Positions 37,791 to 52,215 are shown, counted from the first letter of the whole stretch. The stretch is 63,699 nucleotides of DNA, filler included, from Reticulomyxa filosa (GCA_000512085.1; 24 parts of 24 records of this genome joined end to end with filler, not necessarily neighbours in it), one strand, 5' to 3'. Translations and numbers: made by a program. The notes: generated by a model not told the origin, from the sequence alone.

Positions 37791-37870
37791 TGTGGACAAC
37801 ATTTCATTGGTATTTTTATTAATTTATCTATTTATTTAATTTTGAAAAGTTAACAGGAAAGTGATAAAAC

Positions 37871-37901
<31 letters not shown>

Positions 37902-38045
37902 NNNNNNNNNNNNNNNNNNNNNNNNNNNNNNNNNNNNNNNNNNNNTTAATTAATTAANNNNNNNNNNNNNNNNNNNNNNNNNNNNNNNNNNNNNNNNNNN
38001 NAAAAAAAAAAAAAATTTTTTTTTTTTTTTTAAAAAAAAAAAAAG

Positions 38046-38670
<625 letters not shown>

Positions 38671-39894
38671 ACCAGCAAACAAAACATAGTTTCTATTTAT
38701 AATACAAATAATGGACGTGGTCACGTTGTTTTTTTGTCTTTACCATTTGCCTTTTTTCCCCATTAAATGCGAGTACTTTTATCATGAACTCAGAAATCTT
38801 TTGCAGCTTCGATGAGGAAAAAGAAATAAAATTATTTCAATAAAATATTCCTTTATCATAACAAGCGTTGCTGTCTGACTGTTGTAATATTAAAGCAAAT
38901 TCGCAATTTTTTTGTTGTAAATTATTATACGTTTTTATGATTTTTTGTAAGGATATTTACGTATTCTGAATGCCACAATACATACTATTTGTTTGATGGT
39001 GTATTTTAAGTAATTTTTTGTAAAAAAAATGTAACTTCATTGTATATAAAATTAACAACTTTTTAGATAAGTTTCTTTATGCAATATCGTGTAGTATATT
39101 CTGATCATATATGATTGTAAGAAAATCCATGTATATGTCTAAGAAAACTATTTGTAAAGAAATAAAATATAGTTGTCATTTATTATACACAAGTAACTAA
39201 AACAAAACTAATATTTTTTTATTTGTATTGTTAATTTTTATCCGTTTTCTTTAATTTTTAATAAAACAAACAAAAATTACAAAGAATGTAATATCAATAA
39301 AAATAATATTAAATATTTTTAAATTTCATGTCAAAAAGAACAAGTGCAAAATTGACTGTATTTGTTTCCACGTATCCAAAAGGTCTAAAACATAATAATT
39401 GTTTATTTTTTGTTGCAGAAGAATATAATCCCTATAATTTTTTTTCACACATAACCCCAAAATGTTTTACTGTCTCATTATTTGCTAAAAAGAATAATTT
39501 TGTCAACTTGTAGAACAAACAATTTCATCGAGACAAATTTTTATTAAGCCAAGTTTCAATTTTTCAATTTTTTTTTCTGGTTTTTTTTGAACAAAAAAAA
39601 TTTTTAGAATGTTCGCTTTTTTTTAGTTAGATAATTTTGTTACAACAACGATTTACTTGGTTTATGTTCCATAAGTGAACATTTAAGCCTCGTACAACCA
39701 AGTAATGAATTACTCAAAAATATTGTAGAGTCACAACTTAAACCATTTTGAGTGAAAAAGAGGCGAACAAATAAAATAAAACAAGCAAAACAGAATAAAG
39801 GTAAGGTATGCATAATGGCATATACACACATAACACATGAAAATCGAAATTGCAAAAAGACAGACCATTATAATTATTTTATTTGTTGAAGTTT

Positions 39895-40531
39895 TTATTG
39901 TTGTGGTGCCAAATAGTTGTAAGCCGTAAGAGCAAGAATAGCAATACCAAAAATACCCAAAATTAAATTAAAAGTAAAAGCACCACTTTGAGATTCAGAA
40001 GGATCAGTAGTCCATTTTTTGGCTTTGTCAGTTTCTTCAAAAAGATCTCCCAATTTTTCTCCTTTGACTTTTCCAACCAAATATTCTTTTGCCATTTTTC
40101 GTGCTTTTTCTGAATGTAATCTTGTTTCAAACTCTGCTGACGCATCTGTACTCCGTTCAAACAAACAAAAAAAAAGCAATGAACATTTCATTTTTAAAAA
40201 AAAATTTAAAAAAAGGAACCTTGTCCACTAATATCGGAAAGCACGCTATCTCCTCCTGGATGATTGGCCATGAAGTCAGTCAGGTCATACACTCTGCCGT
40301 ACAACACCATCCATATTTTATCTTTTTCTGGTCCGTTAGGTGCATGTTTTTTAATTTCTTCCCAAGTGTATTCTTTCAATACGGCATCTTCTTCTGGCGT
40401 GTTGCGACCTTTCAACTGTTGCTACACAAAAAAAAACTTTTTTAAAAAGAGGGGACTTAACAAATTTTCTAATGCACATATTTTTAGAAACAGCAAAACA
40501 GAATAGAGCATTCAATTACCTCTGTACTCAT
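39895..40531 (-). CDS. Tail-anchored cytochrome b5
   Basis: Exons 40531-40520, 40421-40220 and 40145-39895 give YTWEEIKKH...WMVLYGRVYDLTDFMANHPGG...GQDASAEF...HSEKA plus a C-terminal TM helix. Confidence 0.93.
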
Positions 40532-40966
40532 TTTCGAACACAATGGGACGCTAAGGGATTAAATAAAAAGAATTTTTTTTACTTTTTCCGGAGAAAATGC
40601 AATCCCCCTGAACTTTTGAAAGTTTCGGCCAGTTGTTTGAGCACAAAGAAAATTTTTCAAATGATATTTTCGAACTTGACGTGTCAACGTTACAAAACGA
40701 AGAAGTTTTTGTCAATTCAAATGTATACAAAACTAGAACAGGAAAAAAATTTGTTGAGAGAGAAAACATTTTTTTTTGTTGTTGTCCAAAAATCATAACC
40801 AAGGCAATAGCAAAACAAAAGTCTCACATTGAAAAACACTTTACAACAATAGAAGAAAAAAAAAGAAAAAAGACCATTTTTTTTTTTTTTTTTTTGTTCC
40901 TTTGTTCCTTTTCTATCCTTCCTCGTCTCTATCTTATTTAAAAAAAAAAAAAAATTAATAAAAGCA

Positions 40967-41620
40967 TTAGATTTGATTGGAAGGAACAATGCTCGGTTGT
41001 TTTTCCAAAGTGAGTTCAGCAGTGGCAGAATTTTTGTCAAACATATTTTCGATAGTCTTGCACGTTTCCTCACCAATCCCATACTCATCCTGAACAAAGA
41101 TAGTGCGACAAAGAGCAATGGTATTGAAATATTCGATGACGGACTTGACATTGTCCACAAAGAGTATTTGATCGTGGGCATATGTTTTGGCTTGCAAAAT
41201 TTTGAACACAGCCATATTTTTGGAAACCCCTTCGGACATGAACCGGTGATCGATGCCGATAATATGGTCATCCGGCGAATTCGCGTTGCCATTGGTCGAT
41301 TGCACAAACTTGTCCAGCAAACCGACTTTTTCCAAAAGGGTTCGAATCTGGGTCGTTTTCAGTTTGTCGCTTACAACGAATACTTCTTTGTTGCGCACCG
41401 TTCGCTCACTGTTCACTTCGTACTCCTTCTCCGCTTTTATTGTGTTCAAGTGTTCCCCTAAGCGCTGCGTCCGTCGCTCGCCTCCAAAGTATCGCATCAC
41501 TTCGTTCGCTGTCATATCTGTCGCGTCGAGCACTGGGTCAAACGTCGCGATTGGCAATACTTTGTCGAATGAATATATTACACAAAGAATATTTGAATTG
41601 GTCGTCACTGTTCCTTCTTC
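40967..41620 (-). CDS. HAD-superfamily-like domain with degenerate catalytic motifs (last exon of a partial gene)
   Basis: Motif order VIYSFDKVL / VFVVS / K / ILFVDN fits HAD motifs I-IV, with the nucleophilic Asp replaced by Ser. Confidence 0.55.
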   Translation of the reverse strand, partial: EEGTVTTNSNILCVIYSFDKVLPIATFDPVLDATDMTANEVMRYFGGERRTQRLGEHLNTIKAEKEYEVNSERTVRNKEVFVVSDKLKTTQIRTLLEKVGLLDKFVQSTNGNANSPDDHIIGIDHRFMSEGVSKNMAVFKILQAKTYAHDQILFVDNVKSVIEYFNTIALCRTIFVQDEYGIGEETCKTIENMFDKNSATAELTLEKQPSIVPSNQI

Positions 41621-41814
41621 TATAACATATATGTATGTATATGTGTTTATATACATTTATTTATTTATTTGTTGATTTACATAAAAAAAAAAAAAAAAAA
41701 AAAAAAGGGGCTCANNNNNNNNNNNNNNNNNNNNNNNNNNNNNNNNNNNNNNNNNNNNTTAATTAATTAANNNNNNNNNNNNNNNNNNNNNNNNNNNNNN
41801 NNNNNNNNNNNNNN

Positions 41815-42279
41815 TTATTTTTAATTCATTTTCTCCTTGAAACCTATTATTTTGTAAATAATTTTTTTCTTTATTTTACATTTATATTTTATACTTCATT
41901 CAAATTTAACTCATGCAGATTGGAAGTTGCGCATATTTCTCTTAATTTCTCTTGTGTATCAACATAAATTTCATTGCAATTTCTCCATATTTTCAAAATA
42001 GTTGTTTTGCTAATCTTATCATCAAATTTTTCTAATAAATTCATCAAATACAGTTGTTGTTGGGAAGTTGTGCTATAATTAATGTGTATTATTAAAATTA
42101 GTTTTAAAAAAAGATATTTGAACAAGTTTGTTGTCAAATGCGTTTGTATGACTTAACGTATTCTCTGCGATGAACGTCAAGATAATTGTTGCTTTCTCCA
42201 AGTCTCTCTTACACAAGTCCCATGCCTTTGAGATAATTTCTTCTCCAATTTTTCTGTATGATTGTTGGAGTCGCTCCAT
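41815..42279 (-). CDS. Lineage-specific helical (CUE-like) family protein N-terminus (partial)
   Basis: Two similar helical units (LQQSYRKIGEEIISKAWDLC and LLEKFDDKISKTTILKIWRNC) separated by an intron. Confidence 0.35.
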
Positions 42280-42967
42280 TTGAGATAGAGAACTTACTTA
42301 AGATAAAAAAAAATAAAGTGAAGAATCTTGAACTTATTGACACACAAAAAAAATTTCAAAACTTTCTTTAATTTGTTGACATGTATAATTCCTCGTTCAT
42401 GATGAAAACGACTTAATTATTTTATTGGTACTTGCCAAAGAAATAACTGAATTATTTTTATTGACTGCAAATATCAATTAGACGAAATTGTTAAAGAAAA
42501 CATTCATCGCATTTTTGTTTTAATGAATTTCGAGTTTGCTTTTGTTTGAATAATTTGTTGCTACGTAAAACGCTTTTTTATTTTTTTTGTTTATTTCAAA
42601 AGGGTTGTGTCACGTCAGTTTCTTAAAAAAATTCAGCAACATTGTTAAATTGATAAAGTAAGTTGTTCCATCAACTACAAATAATTCCATTACGGTTTTT
42701 GCTGTTATCTACTGTACAGTCCTTCTACATGATATCACTTGGATGCTCAAAGATAAATTTTATTGATACAAACTTCCACAAACGAGAATTTCATGTTCTA
42801 TAGTATACATTGAGATTCTTTAAGTGGAGTGATAATATATTGNNNNNNNNNNNNNNNNNNNNNNNNNNNNNNNNNNNNNNNNNNNNTTAATTAATTAANN
42901 NNNNNNNNNNNNNNNNNNNNNNNNNNNNNNNNNNNNNNNNNNCATCCAACAAAAAAAAAAGTTATTA

Positions 42968-43102
42968 AAAAACCAATATCATATTTAAAAACTACAAAAT
43001 TTGTAGATATTTAAAAAAAAAAAATTAGGTCTAATGTTGATTTTTCATGGAGAAAATCAATTATCATCATAAGATACGTTTTAGGCGTTTAGTTTTCTTT
43101 GC
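42968..43102 (-). repeat. Dispersed repeat family X, copy 4
   Basis: The reverse complement matches the gattttctccatgaaaaatcaacatt...tatctacaaattttgtagtttttaaatat core. Confidence 0.75.
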
Positions 43103-44603
43103 AACCTACTGTAATAACAAAATAAATAAAAAATTGGAATTTAATCCTCTTTTGAAACTTTTCATCCAACTCAATTATCATATTTACACAAATATATTTT
43201 TTAATTGAAGTTTTTTCAAAGTTCAAATAGCAAGCTACCTTTACTTTAAACTTTTGTTAGTTTCTTTTTTTAGTATATTGTTATTTTTTAAAATTAAATA
43301 TTTGATAAAAAAGGAAAAGAGTGAAAAATCAATTTTCATGTATAATTCCTCCTCTCTTGGAACTGAAGTTGTATTGCAATAACTTGAGTAATATTTCTCG
43401 GTCCAATTTATATTGTTTAAAAGTTACAATATAAAGAATAGTTTATCTTTTTTATCCTGCCCCAAGTTTTTTCTATCATAAATTTATTGACAAGAAAAAC
43501 TTGATGTTGTATTAAGTATTAAAAAAATGTCAGTTTGCAACATTGAAAATTTAACAATAAGATATTAATTTTGTTACCAATTGTTCGAAAGAGAAAGTGC
43601 AAGTATGATTACAACTTTACAAGGACGGACTAAGTGTAAAAGGAGAACACCGAAAATGTATTAAAAAACAAAAGTTGAAATGAATGATGGCAACTCATGT
43701 TTTATTCAAATATTGTTACATCTATTTGTCCGCAATTGTTTGTTTCTACTGGAGATTAGTAGCATATATGTACAAGCATTTATTTTTGTACTTTGTCTTA
43801 CTTAGAAACGGTACAAAGTTATGCTGGACATTATCATTGTTTTGAATATCAAACGTTTTTTCATTTTAAGTCTGAAAATATTACATAGTGATACTGAAAT
43901 AATCAAAATTCTTATTAATGAAAAACAGTATTAAATTCAAGTTAATTTAATAAGTTTTTGTTCAAATTTTATAAACCAAACTATTTGTGTTTTGTAGCTT
44001 TATTAATTTAGATATATTCAAGATTTCAATAAATCTATTTTCAATCATGTTATTGCAAGAACAGTTATTGCGACAAAGTGTAATACGAAAGGTACTTAGT
44101 TACGAAAGTAAATCTAAGTAAATCTAAGTAAATTAATAAGAATAATTAAACGAAATAAAGAAAATAGCAAAAGACAATATAGAGTGAATTGTACTTGTGA
44201 ATAAAGTTTAGCACAATATGTGCTACAGTGTTCACTTGGAATTTTGTCCTTCATAATACGGACTTACCTATATTATATATATGTTTATACTATAATATAA
44301 ATATACTTAAATATACAAAAAAATTTATTTTATTTCGAAGATTTTATAATATATATAAATTAATACATTTGATATATATTTTGATTCAGTAAATTATATT
44401 GACTATTTTGAAGTAAATAATAATATATCGCTGTAAAGGTAAAGAAAGTAGTTTATTGAAAATTACTTAAGTTAGAAAAATCAATTAACTTTTTAAAAAT
44501 CAGATATCATCTTGAATTAAAATTGATAAAATAATTTCTTTTTTTAATAATTTTCTTTCACTTGGATTGATATTTTATATTGAAAATAAGTACATATTAA
44601 ATT

Positions 44604-47600
44604 TTAAGTTGCAGGTTTTTGCTCCATTTCAATCGTTGTATAAGAAGACGAGTGAATATATGGATTGTTCTCTTCAATACTTGCGTTTTGTTTTGATTGG
44701 TTGTTTTGGATTTCATTGATTAACACTGTGCTTGTATTTGCACTGACGTCTATGTTGCGACTTGACTGACGATATTTGAGCAATTGCAAACTTGGAGGCC
44801 TTGGTGGCAATGGCAATTTTTGATATGGACAACTATCTCCTGGAGACGTATATATATAAATGTAACATGATTTCTAATCAAAATATATAAGTTTTTTTTT
44901 TTTTTTGACATGTGCACAAAAAAAAACTGAGAAGAAGCGTCATATTTGGTATTTCAATTAAAACACGAAAATGATCACAGTTGTTTAGACACTCGTTTTC
45001 TACTCTCAACACATTCCATATGCAGCGACGAATCACCTCCAAAGCAGAGAACGGCAGTCGTAAATACCATCGAGCAAAAGATAGCCCTAATTCAAGCAAA
45101 AAAACGAAACAAAAGTACATTACTTAAATGCTTTTAAAAAGAAGGCCTGGAGTGGATCAGAAAAAGCACATGTGCAAGAAACAACAAAACCCAAAAGTTT
45201 GGGAAATAATGCGACTGCCCATGTTCCCCTTAAAAAAAAATTGAAAATAATGGCTACGTAATAAAACCAAACAGGAAACCGAATATTAGTTCGTAAAAAT
45301 CTGAATTTGGAGCTGGGTTGAAATAAACCCCAATCACATAAAATATCCCAAGCAAATGAATATGAAATTACCAATATCCCAAACAAGACCCGTCCAACAA
45401 TCCATTCTGTTGATCCAATGAAAATGGAAAGTGCAGTTGCCAATAATATTAAAAAGTACTTCAACGCATTCGCTAAGTGGTTTCCACGTTGAGGTATAGG
45501 TATGCATTGAGTCGTTACATCTGCTGCAAATGCCCGACGGATGCATTGCCAAAAACGAATCCAATCTTTTTACAAATTAAAAAAATAATTATTATTATTA
45601 TCTAACAAAAAAATTTATTATTGTTATTATCAGTAAGTATAATTTTTTTTTTCCTCCTGCTCCTCTCTTTCTCTCATTTCTGAGTGACTGATAGAAGGAA
45701 CGTATACATTCGCAAAAAATTATATGTGGGTGCATAACATGGAACCAATATCAAAATTGAGGCGAAGACAGTAAATGACTTGCCATCACATGCATTAGAT
45801 CGTTTGTCTTGCCATAAATCACCACTTTTATATATGTACGTGTGTGATCTTTATTTTATATGTGTCGTCTTCTTCTTTTTCTTTACTTGTTCCCTCTTTT
45901 CAACTTTAATAAATAGCAAACAGTATGGGCGAGATCCGGCAAAAGCATAAAAAGGCTGGTCCATTGGTCTGCCAAAAAAAAATCAATAAAACGTACGCTG
46001 CGAAAAGGTGCAGAAAGTTGCCGAATAACGCTTGCACCTAAGAAACGTCTGGTCGAACGTAGTTTGCGCAGGGGACATAAGACTCCAAATAACCATAATG
46101 TCAACCAAAGGATTGACAGGCACGCAGGCGTCCATGTAGCAAGTCCGTGCTTGTAGCCTACAAAAAATAAAAAGCCAAGAAAAACGAACGTAGAGATCAG
46201 AGCAGCAGTACAAAAAATGTCACGAGGACGGATGATCATCGTTGGATCACTTTCCATGACGAACGTGTGATTTAATCGTTTCTTCTCAAAAAAATGTACG
46301 TCTAGTCCCCATAGCCATAAGTATAAACAAACCAACGTCAATGCGTCCAACGCATACCTATCACCCGAATGGGATATATATATATATATATCATTTTATC
46401 TCTGCACGTGCACGATTTTCAGAGGTGTCAGTCATCAAAAAAAAAACGGGAGGAAAAGGATGAAAATATAAGTACCTCCCTCCCTAAAAAAAAATGCAAA
46501 TTGTGTTAACCATTCACGTCGAAGGATAAATGTTTGCCAATGGATAACTTTATTTTTGCCCCACAATAGTGCACAAGCAATGAATAAGGTGATACAAACT
46601 CCACAACAGATACCAATAAAACAACTACGAAAATCGAGCTGCTCTTTTGTTGGTGGAGCTCTAAGTTTTTGAAGAGCAGCTCGAACTCCATCGTTGCTGC
46701 TGGTCAACAGACTACTGTACACGTCTTCCAGTCGGTTGACCAAATACTCTTCAAAGTACACACTCCCCAAATTACTTCCTTTGATTGCATCCACCACTAA
46801 ATTCTTCAAGTCTTTCCACAATAACGACTGTTCGTCGTGCTAAGTAAAAGCACAGGTCAATTCACTTCAATTTTCAAACCCCTTAATTTTTTAAAAATAA
46901 CTTGAAGCCCTACTTTAACAAAAAAAAAGATGGAGAAACTTTCTTAGCAATTTCAACAAAAGCAGTGGCATTTAAGATGCGATATTTGGACAATTCAGCA
47001 AGAGCGTGATACGTTTGACGAAAAAATTTTCTGAGTTTTGCTTTTTGGGCTGCTACGTTGACAACAATACGTTGGTTTTTGTTAAAAGTAGCACGTATTC
47101 TCATCAGTGCGTTTACACTAGAATCGTGAGGCCACTCTCTTGGAGGAGTTGTTGCATCTGTGTTTTGATCGTGTTTTTTCTTGTCACTTTGTTTTCTTTT
47201 CTCTGTAGTCTTTTTTGCCACAGCTGCAGCTGCACTTTCGTATTCTGCTTTTTCGATCGTCAAAATATCTCGCACTGCTTGCAAGAGTTTATCTGTCTAT
47301 GTAAGTCGATTAAAAAAAAAAATTTAAATGATAATAACACATGATTAAAAAAAAAAATGGTGATGATTAATGAAAGCACTTGTTTGGCAAAAATTTGACA
47401 TTGTTCAGCGTAAAAAGATGAAACATGACAGAATTCGGCAGTCAAGTGCTGCACAAATTGCAATTCGATTGCTTTCACAGTTGGGATGGCAATCTCTGGC
47501 ATTTTCTCTTCCAACTGAAGCGCTGCCACCTGTGTCACTGACACTTTTGTTCCTTCGTCGGGATCAACGCCGACCATCTCTCTATAAATATTGGGACCAA

Positions 47601-48180
47601 TGTCTGTTCCACTGATAAGTGCTAACGGCATCTGTCCCTGCACGCTTTGATCGACGTATTTGTCGTCAATCACACTGTGCACTGTTTTGTGCACTGTCGC
47701 TGGGTGTAAGTGCAATTTGTGACGTCTTTCAGCGCTTTTCTTGGCCTCGTAGATCTTTCCTCGTTTGTTTGGTTTTTTTAAAAAAATAAAAATAATGTGG
47801 GCACATTGGAAAAAAAAAAACTTGCATCTTTTTTTTCCTTCTTTCTCTTTGTGTGTCCATGTCATTCATGTGGGATTTAAAAAAACGTCTTGCACTCAAC
47901 TGACACCGGACGTAAGACATTTTCTCGTGAAGGAGACTTTACGATTTGATTTTTTCGAATTTCAGAATAGTTAAGTTTGTAAGCAATACTCAATTTGTCT
48001 AGGACACACGTTAGTGCTTCGAGATCACAATACTTAGATCCACAGTTGAAAGAAAAAAAAACACGGAACACGACAGAAAACCAAAAGCTGTTTTTTATTT
48101 TAAAAAATGCGTTGTGTGTTAAATACCTGTTGTGACCACTCTTCCACTTTGTTCTCCTCAAAATATCTTCTGAACTTCAT
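44604..48180 (-). CDS. SPX-EXS phosphate exporter (XPR1/PHO1/SYG1 family), multi-exon
   Basis: Exon 1 (48180-48127) reads MKFRRYFEENKVEEWSQQ. SPX helices FYAEQ and YRILNATAFVEIAKKHDE follow. EXS motifs: DFFLADQWTSL, HLANALKY, YSFAWDILCDWGL, LRGTW, LEVIRRCIWNVLRVENE. Confidence 0.92.
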
Positions 48181-48468
48181 TCTTTAGAAAGAAAGAAAAG
48201 GGGTTAGTTTTGAACCTTTGAAAGGAGTACAGTAAAGATTGCATCGGACTAATGCAATATTAAGTAGTAACTATTGTGGGTGAGAAGTGATCTAATAAAT
48301 TGTTCACGAAAAAGGAATAAGAGTTTTCAAATTTTTTAAGTTTATTGTTATGTGATTGCATGGTTAAATTACCATTTGCATAATTCCTTAAGTCTAAACT
48401 AAATTTGTTTAGGAAGACGAGAGGGAGTAACATAAAATCGAATTTTTTTTTCCTGCAGTGCTAGTGTC

Positions 48469-48890
48469 ATGTCAACGCGTGCTTTGAACTTGTTAGACGC
48501 CATAATTGAAGTATCACACCATGAAATGGCGACTGTTAATTTCGATTCTACTTCTTCGACTGAAAAACGTCAGCAATGGATATTTGGGTTCGGTAGTTTG
48601 ATAAACACAAGATCTCGCAATGCTAGTGCGAAAACGGATAAGGCCTATCCGGTTCGAATTCATCACTTGTGGAGATCATGGAGCAAGGATCCGCACACGG
48701 GAGCCAATCTTGGTACACTGCGAAGCGAGGAAGTAACGACGAAAGACGACAAATCGCCTTGTCATCATACCAACGGTGTAATTTTCAAATGCGACGATGC
48801 AATGTTGCACCGTTTCGATCAGCGCGAATTGACATGGGGATATATTCGCGGAGCAGTAAATCCAAAGCATTGCGAATTTGTTGGCAAGTT
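48469..48890 (+). CDS. Gamma-glutamyl cyclotransferase-like (GGCT/ChaC fold) protein, 5' part
   Basis: WIFGFGSLIN...RSW...NGVIF...FDQRE..Y. Transcribed divergently from the SPX-EXS gene; the start codons are 288 nt apart. Confidence 0.75.
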
Positions 48891-49109
48891 TTGTACCAAG
48901 ACTTTTTGACCAACGAAAGCAGCCAAAAATAAATAATAAATGAAAATATATAAACTGCTGCACACATATATACGTATATGTGTTTGTATGTATATACGTA
49001 TATTTTTGTNNNNNNNNNNNNNNNNNNNNNNNNNNNNNNNNNNNNNNNNNNNNTTAATTAATTAANNNNNNNNNNNNNNNNNNNNNNNNNNNNNNNNNNN
49101 NNNNNNNNN

Positions 49110-49197
49110 TTTTTAAAAAAAATTTGATTAAATGTTGTTTTTTCATGGAGAAACACAATCATCTCTATAAGGTAGCGTTTTAGGTGTCAACTTTCTT
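49110..49197 (-). repeat. Dispersed repeat family X, copy 5 (cut by contig start)
   Basis: The reverse complement reads aaagttgacacctaaaacgctaccttatagagatgattgtgtttctccatgaaaaaacaacattt. Confidence 0.8.
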
Positions 49198-49909
49198 TTT
49201 TATCTTAATGTATTTATTCAATTAAGCTTTTGCATATGTCTTTTTATACTTTTTCAAATTTTTCTATAGTTGTTTTGCTGTTTTTATTTGATTACATTTG
49301 TAAAGTTTTGTTTGATTATTTCGTATATCATGCAAATTAATAGTTAACTTAATCAAGTTCATTTTGTTTTGTTTGATCGACTTATTTACTGCTTTGTATT
49401 TGTGGCGTTTTGTGTTTTCTTGTAAAAACTATCAATATATTCTTAATAGCAATATATAGTGCTTTTAAGCATTTTCATCATATAATATTTCTTTATAACT
49501 TGTTTAATTAACTTCTTCAATTTTGCAAGAACATCAACGCATTTAGCATCAAATGACACAAATACTATAGCTACACAACCAAACATTGTGCTTTCTAAAT
49601 ATCTATATCACTTGTATTATGTCTTTCTTTTTTCCACATATGTTGAATTCTTTCGATGTCCCAAAGATGTAATGTTAAATCTTATTGCAAACCACAAAGT
49701 TCAATAAAAAAAATGATCTTAATAAAGTAGTATTTTATGTGTTTTATTTTTTTATAAACTATGTATTTTGCGTTCTTCGACTGCAAAAAAAGGACAATAA
49801 AAATAATCACTTGCTGTCAGACAATAATAATATTAAAAAGCAACATTTGCAAATTGGCGTACACTCAATTCAACTCAGTTTTTTAGCACTTAAAAGTAAA
49901 AAAAATTAA

Positions 49910-52215
49910 TTATACAATACTCATCTTCAGAAACTCAGGAGATCGCTCAAATCGAGCATAGGATTGTCTCAAAAGTTTAAACACTTCACTGATACAATAA
50001 TCAAAGACATGGAACAACTGTTGAGTTGTAGTGATAGTGTGAAAATTATTTGTGGTAGAACGATGGTGAAAAATGTTGAAATTAGACACAGGCGTTCTTG
50101 CAATAGAACTTTTGTCACTTAATAGCCACTGTGTTTTGTTTTCCATTAGTGAAGTTAATCGTACTCGCTCATCATAAGCAATATTGATTTCGTATCTGTT
50201 CCCAAACAATGGTAAAATCAGTCAACAAATAGACAAACAATTAAACAGTATAGACAAAGAGAATTTAAAATCGTGTTTAAAACTTGGATCCAACTCGAAC
50301 GTATTTTGCAAAAAGATCATAGGCAATAATTTTGAAATATAGCAATTCATCGTCCCAGTACTGTTTTTCTTTGTGTTCCTCTTTAAGCTGTCTAATTTTG
50401 TCTTTAATGGAATTTGAGTCAAATACAAGAATTGACTTTGGCAAGTCTGCCGAAAATTCGATCAATCGTATTTCCAAGATACTCTTTTTTGCGTCTTCGT
50501 CCCATTCTTGTTGATCTCTCTTTTTTATTTCATTTACAAATTGCCCCATTTCGATTATTGACAACAGCAGCTCTTTTTTTTTTTTTCAAAGAAAAAAAAA
50601 TTTATATTCATTGCATTGAGACAATTCTTCTCTTCTGTTCCTCTTCTCATTCTGCCAAAGAGTTTAATTAAAACTTACCCATACTGTATTCCTTGCCCAA
50701 ATGATTCATGAGCAAATCAACAGCGTTACTATCTTTCAACACTCTCTGAATCGGCCAGTCTCTTTGGAGTGTTAGATTTTTTTCTGGAGTGGAAGGAAGC
50801 GAGTACTGGCGTGAAGGAAATGTTTCAGGAGATTCCATTCTATTTATGGTGATGAGCCTTTGTCTGTCTTCATTATTGCCCAGTGACAGAATGAGGACCG
50901 GACGCATCAGCCAAATCCAAATACGCTTTCCAAACGTTTTACTTTTCAACTTAATCAATTCAACAGGGGATTCGAATTCATTTTTATAAATGATCCACGA
51001 CAACGTGAACACAGAATAATATACTCCAAATGCATTATAAAGATGGATTGCCAATGAAATACCAACAACACGATGGACGAGTTTGGCCAGAGTTGCCAAC
51101 GCTACAATTAATACAAGGATTGCCGTCAAAAACAGAGCTTTACTAGTCTGAGCGATTTCTTGCCGAAACCCGATACTGTCGTCGTAAATTGCTGCAAACT
51201 TTTGTAAGTGACGAGCGCAATAAGCGATTGCAATGCCAAGTACTTTTTTTTTTTTTTTTATCATTTTTTTTTAAAAAAAAAAAAAAAAACCAGAGTTGAC
51301 AAGCAAAGAAAACCAAGAAAGCAAACTGATAAAAGGTAAGGTAACAAATACCCAAATCAATTCATACACGACAATGCAGCTGTTATAACATGTGAATCTC
51401 CTATCAAAGGCACAATTTTTGAAAAAAAACAAAAGTAGCGGCGCTTGCAAATACGTATACATACCAGATTGAAGCAGCAACTATGATAGCGAGCGTAATA
51501 ATGCAGTTGGCGACAAGCAGCCGTTTTTTGACAAAAGAAGGACTACCCAAGGTTGATAATTTTGTGAAAAAAAATTTTTTTGACTCAGCGAAAGTATACG
51601 TGACTGGGTCAATCACTGACTTCCAAGAATGCAAAAATGTCAAATAACTGTAATTGATCCGAAAATATACTATCCAGCATCGACAAAAATAAACAAAAAT
51701 AAGTGACACCGAAATCGGTACTGCGACAAATGCACGGATTGACACTGTCAACCACACTATCCATGGCACAGTGGTTATCTTCTTAAATCCTTCTTTCCCC
51801 AAAAATTGAGGAAAGGTGCCAAAGGAAGAATAAAAATTTAATGCGCATAGCCCTATTGTCACTATGCTAAATGTTATCATTTGATCTCCCAATCTCTTGT
51901 GATACCACTCTCGCTATATTATACATATCACAGCATATTACACGTTATTTATCCTTAATCTGTCGATGCACGTTTGGCACCACGGTTTTAGTATGAACAA
52001 AAAAAGAGTGCCATCCCTGGCCTTAAAAAATGGCAGATTTGCTGTTTATTGATATCTGGTCCTAGAAGAAAGATGTCAAAAGTCAACTAATGCACACTCA
52101 CCTTTCTATACTTGCTATAGCAATGCCACGTGTAGAACACTGAAGTCGCAAAGCATAGAAACGTTGAGATCAAATTTATGAAAAATAAAATCCAATAGCC
52201 AAAAGTAATCCTCAT
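49910..52215 (-). CDS. Multi-pass transmembrane (7TM-like) RGS-domain protein
   Basis: Hydrophobic exons start at MRITFGYWILFF. The RGS domain reads VLKDSNAVDLLMNHLGKEYSME, AYDLFAKYVRVGSKF-EINI, LFHVFDYCISEVFKLLRQSYARF. Confidence 0.85.

Noticed and set aside
42943-44600. Long AT-rich stretch as a hidden gene or element
   Set aside because: It has no sustained ORF or structure beyond repeat copy 4 and a short taaatctaag tandem.
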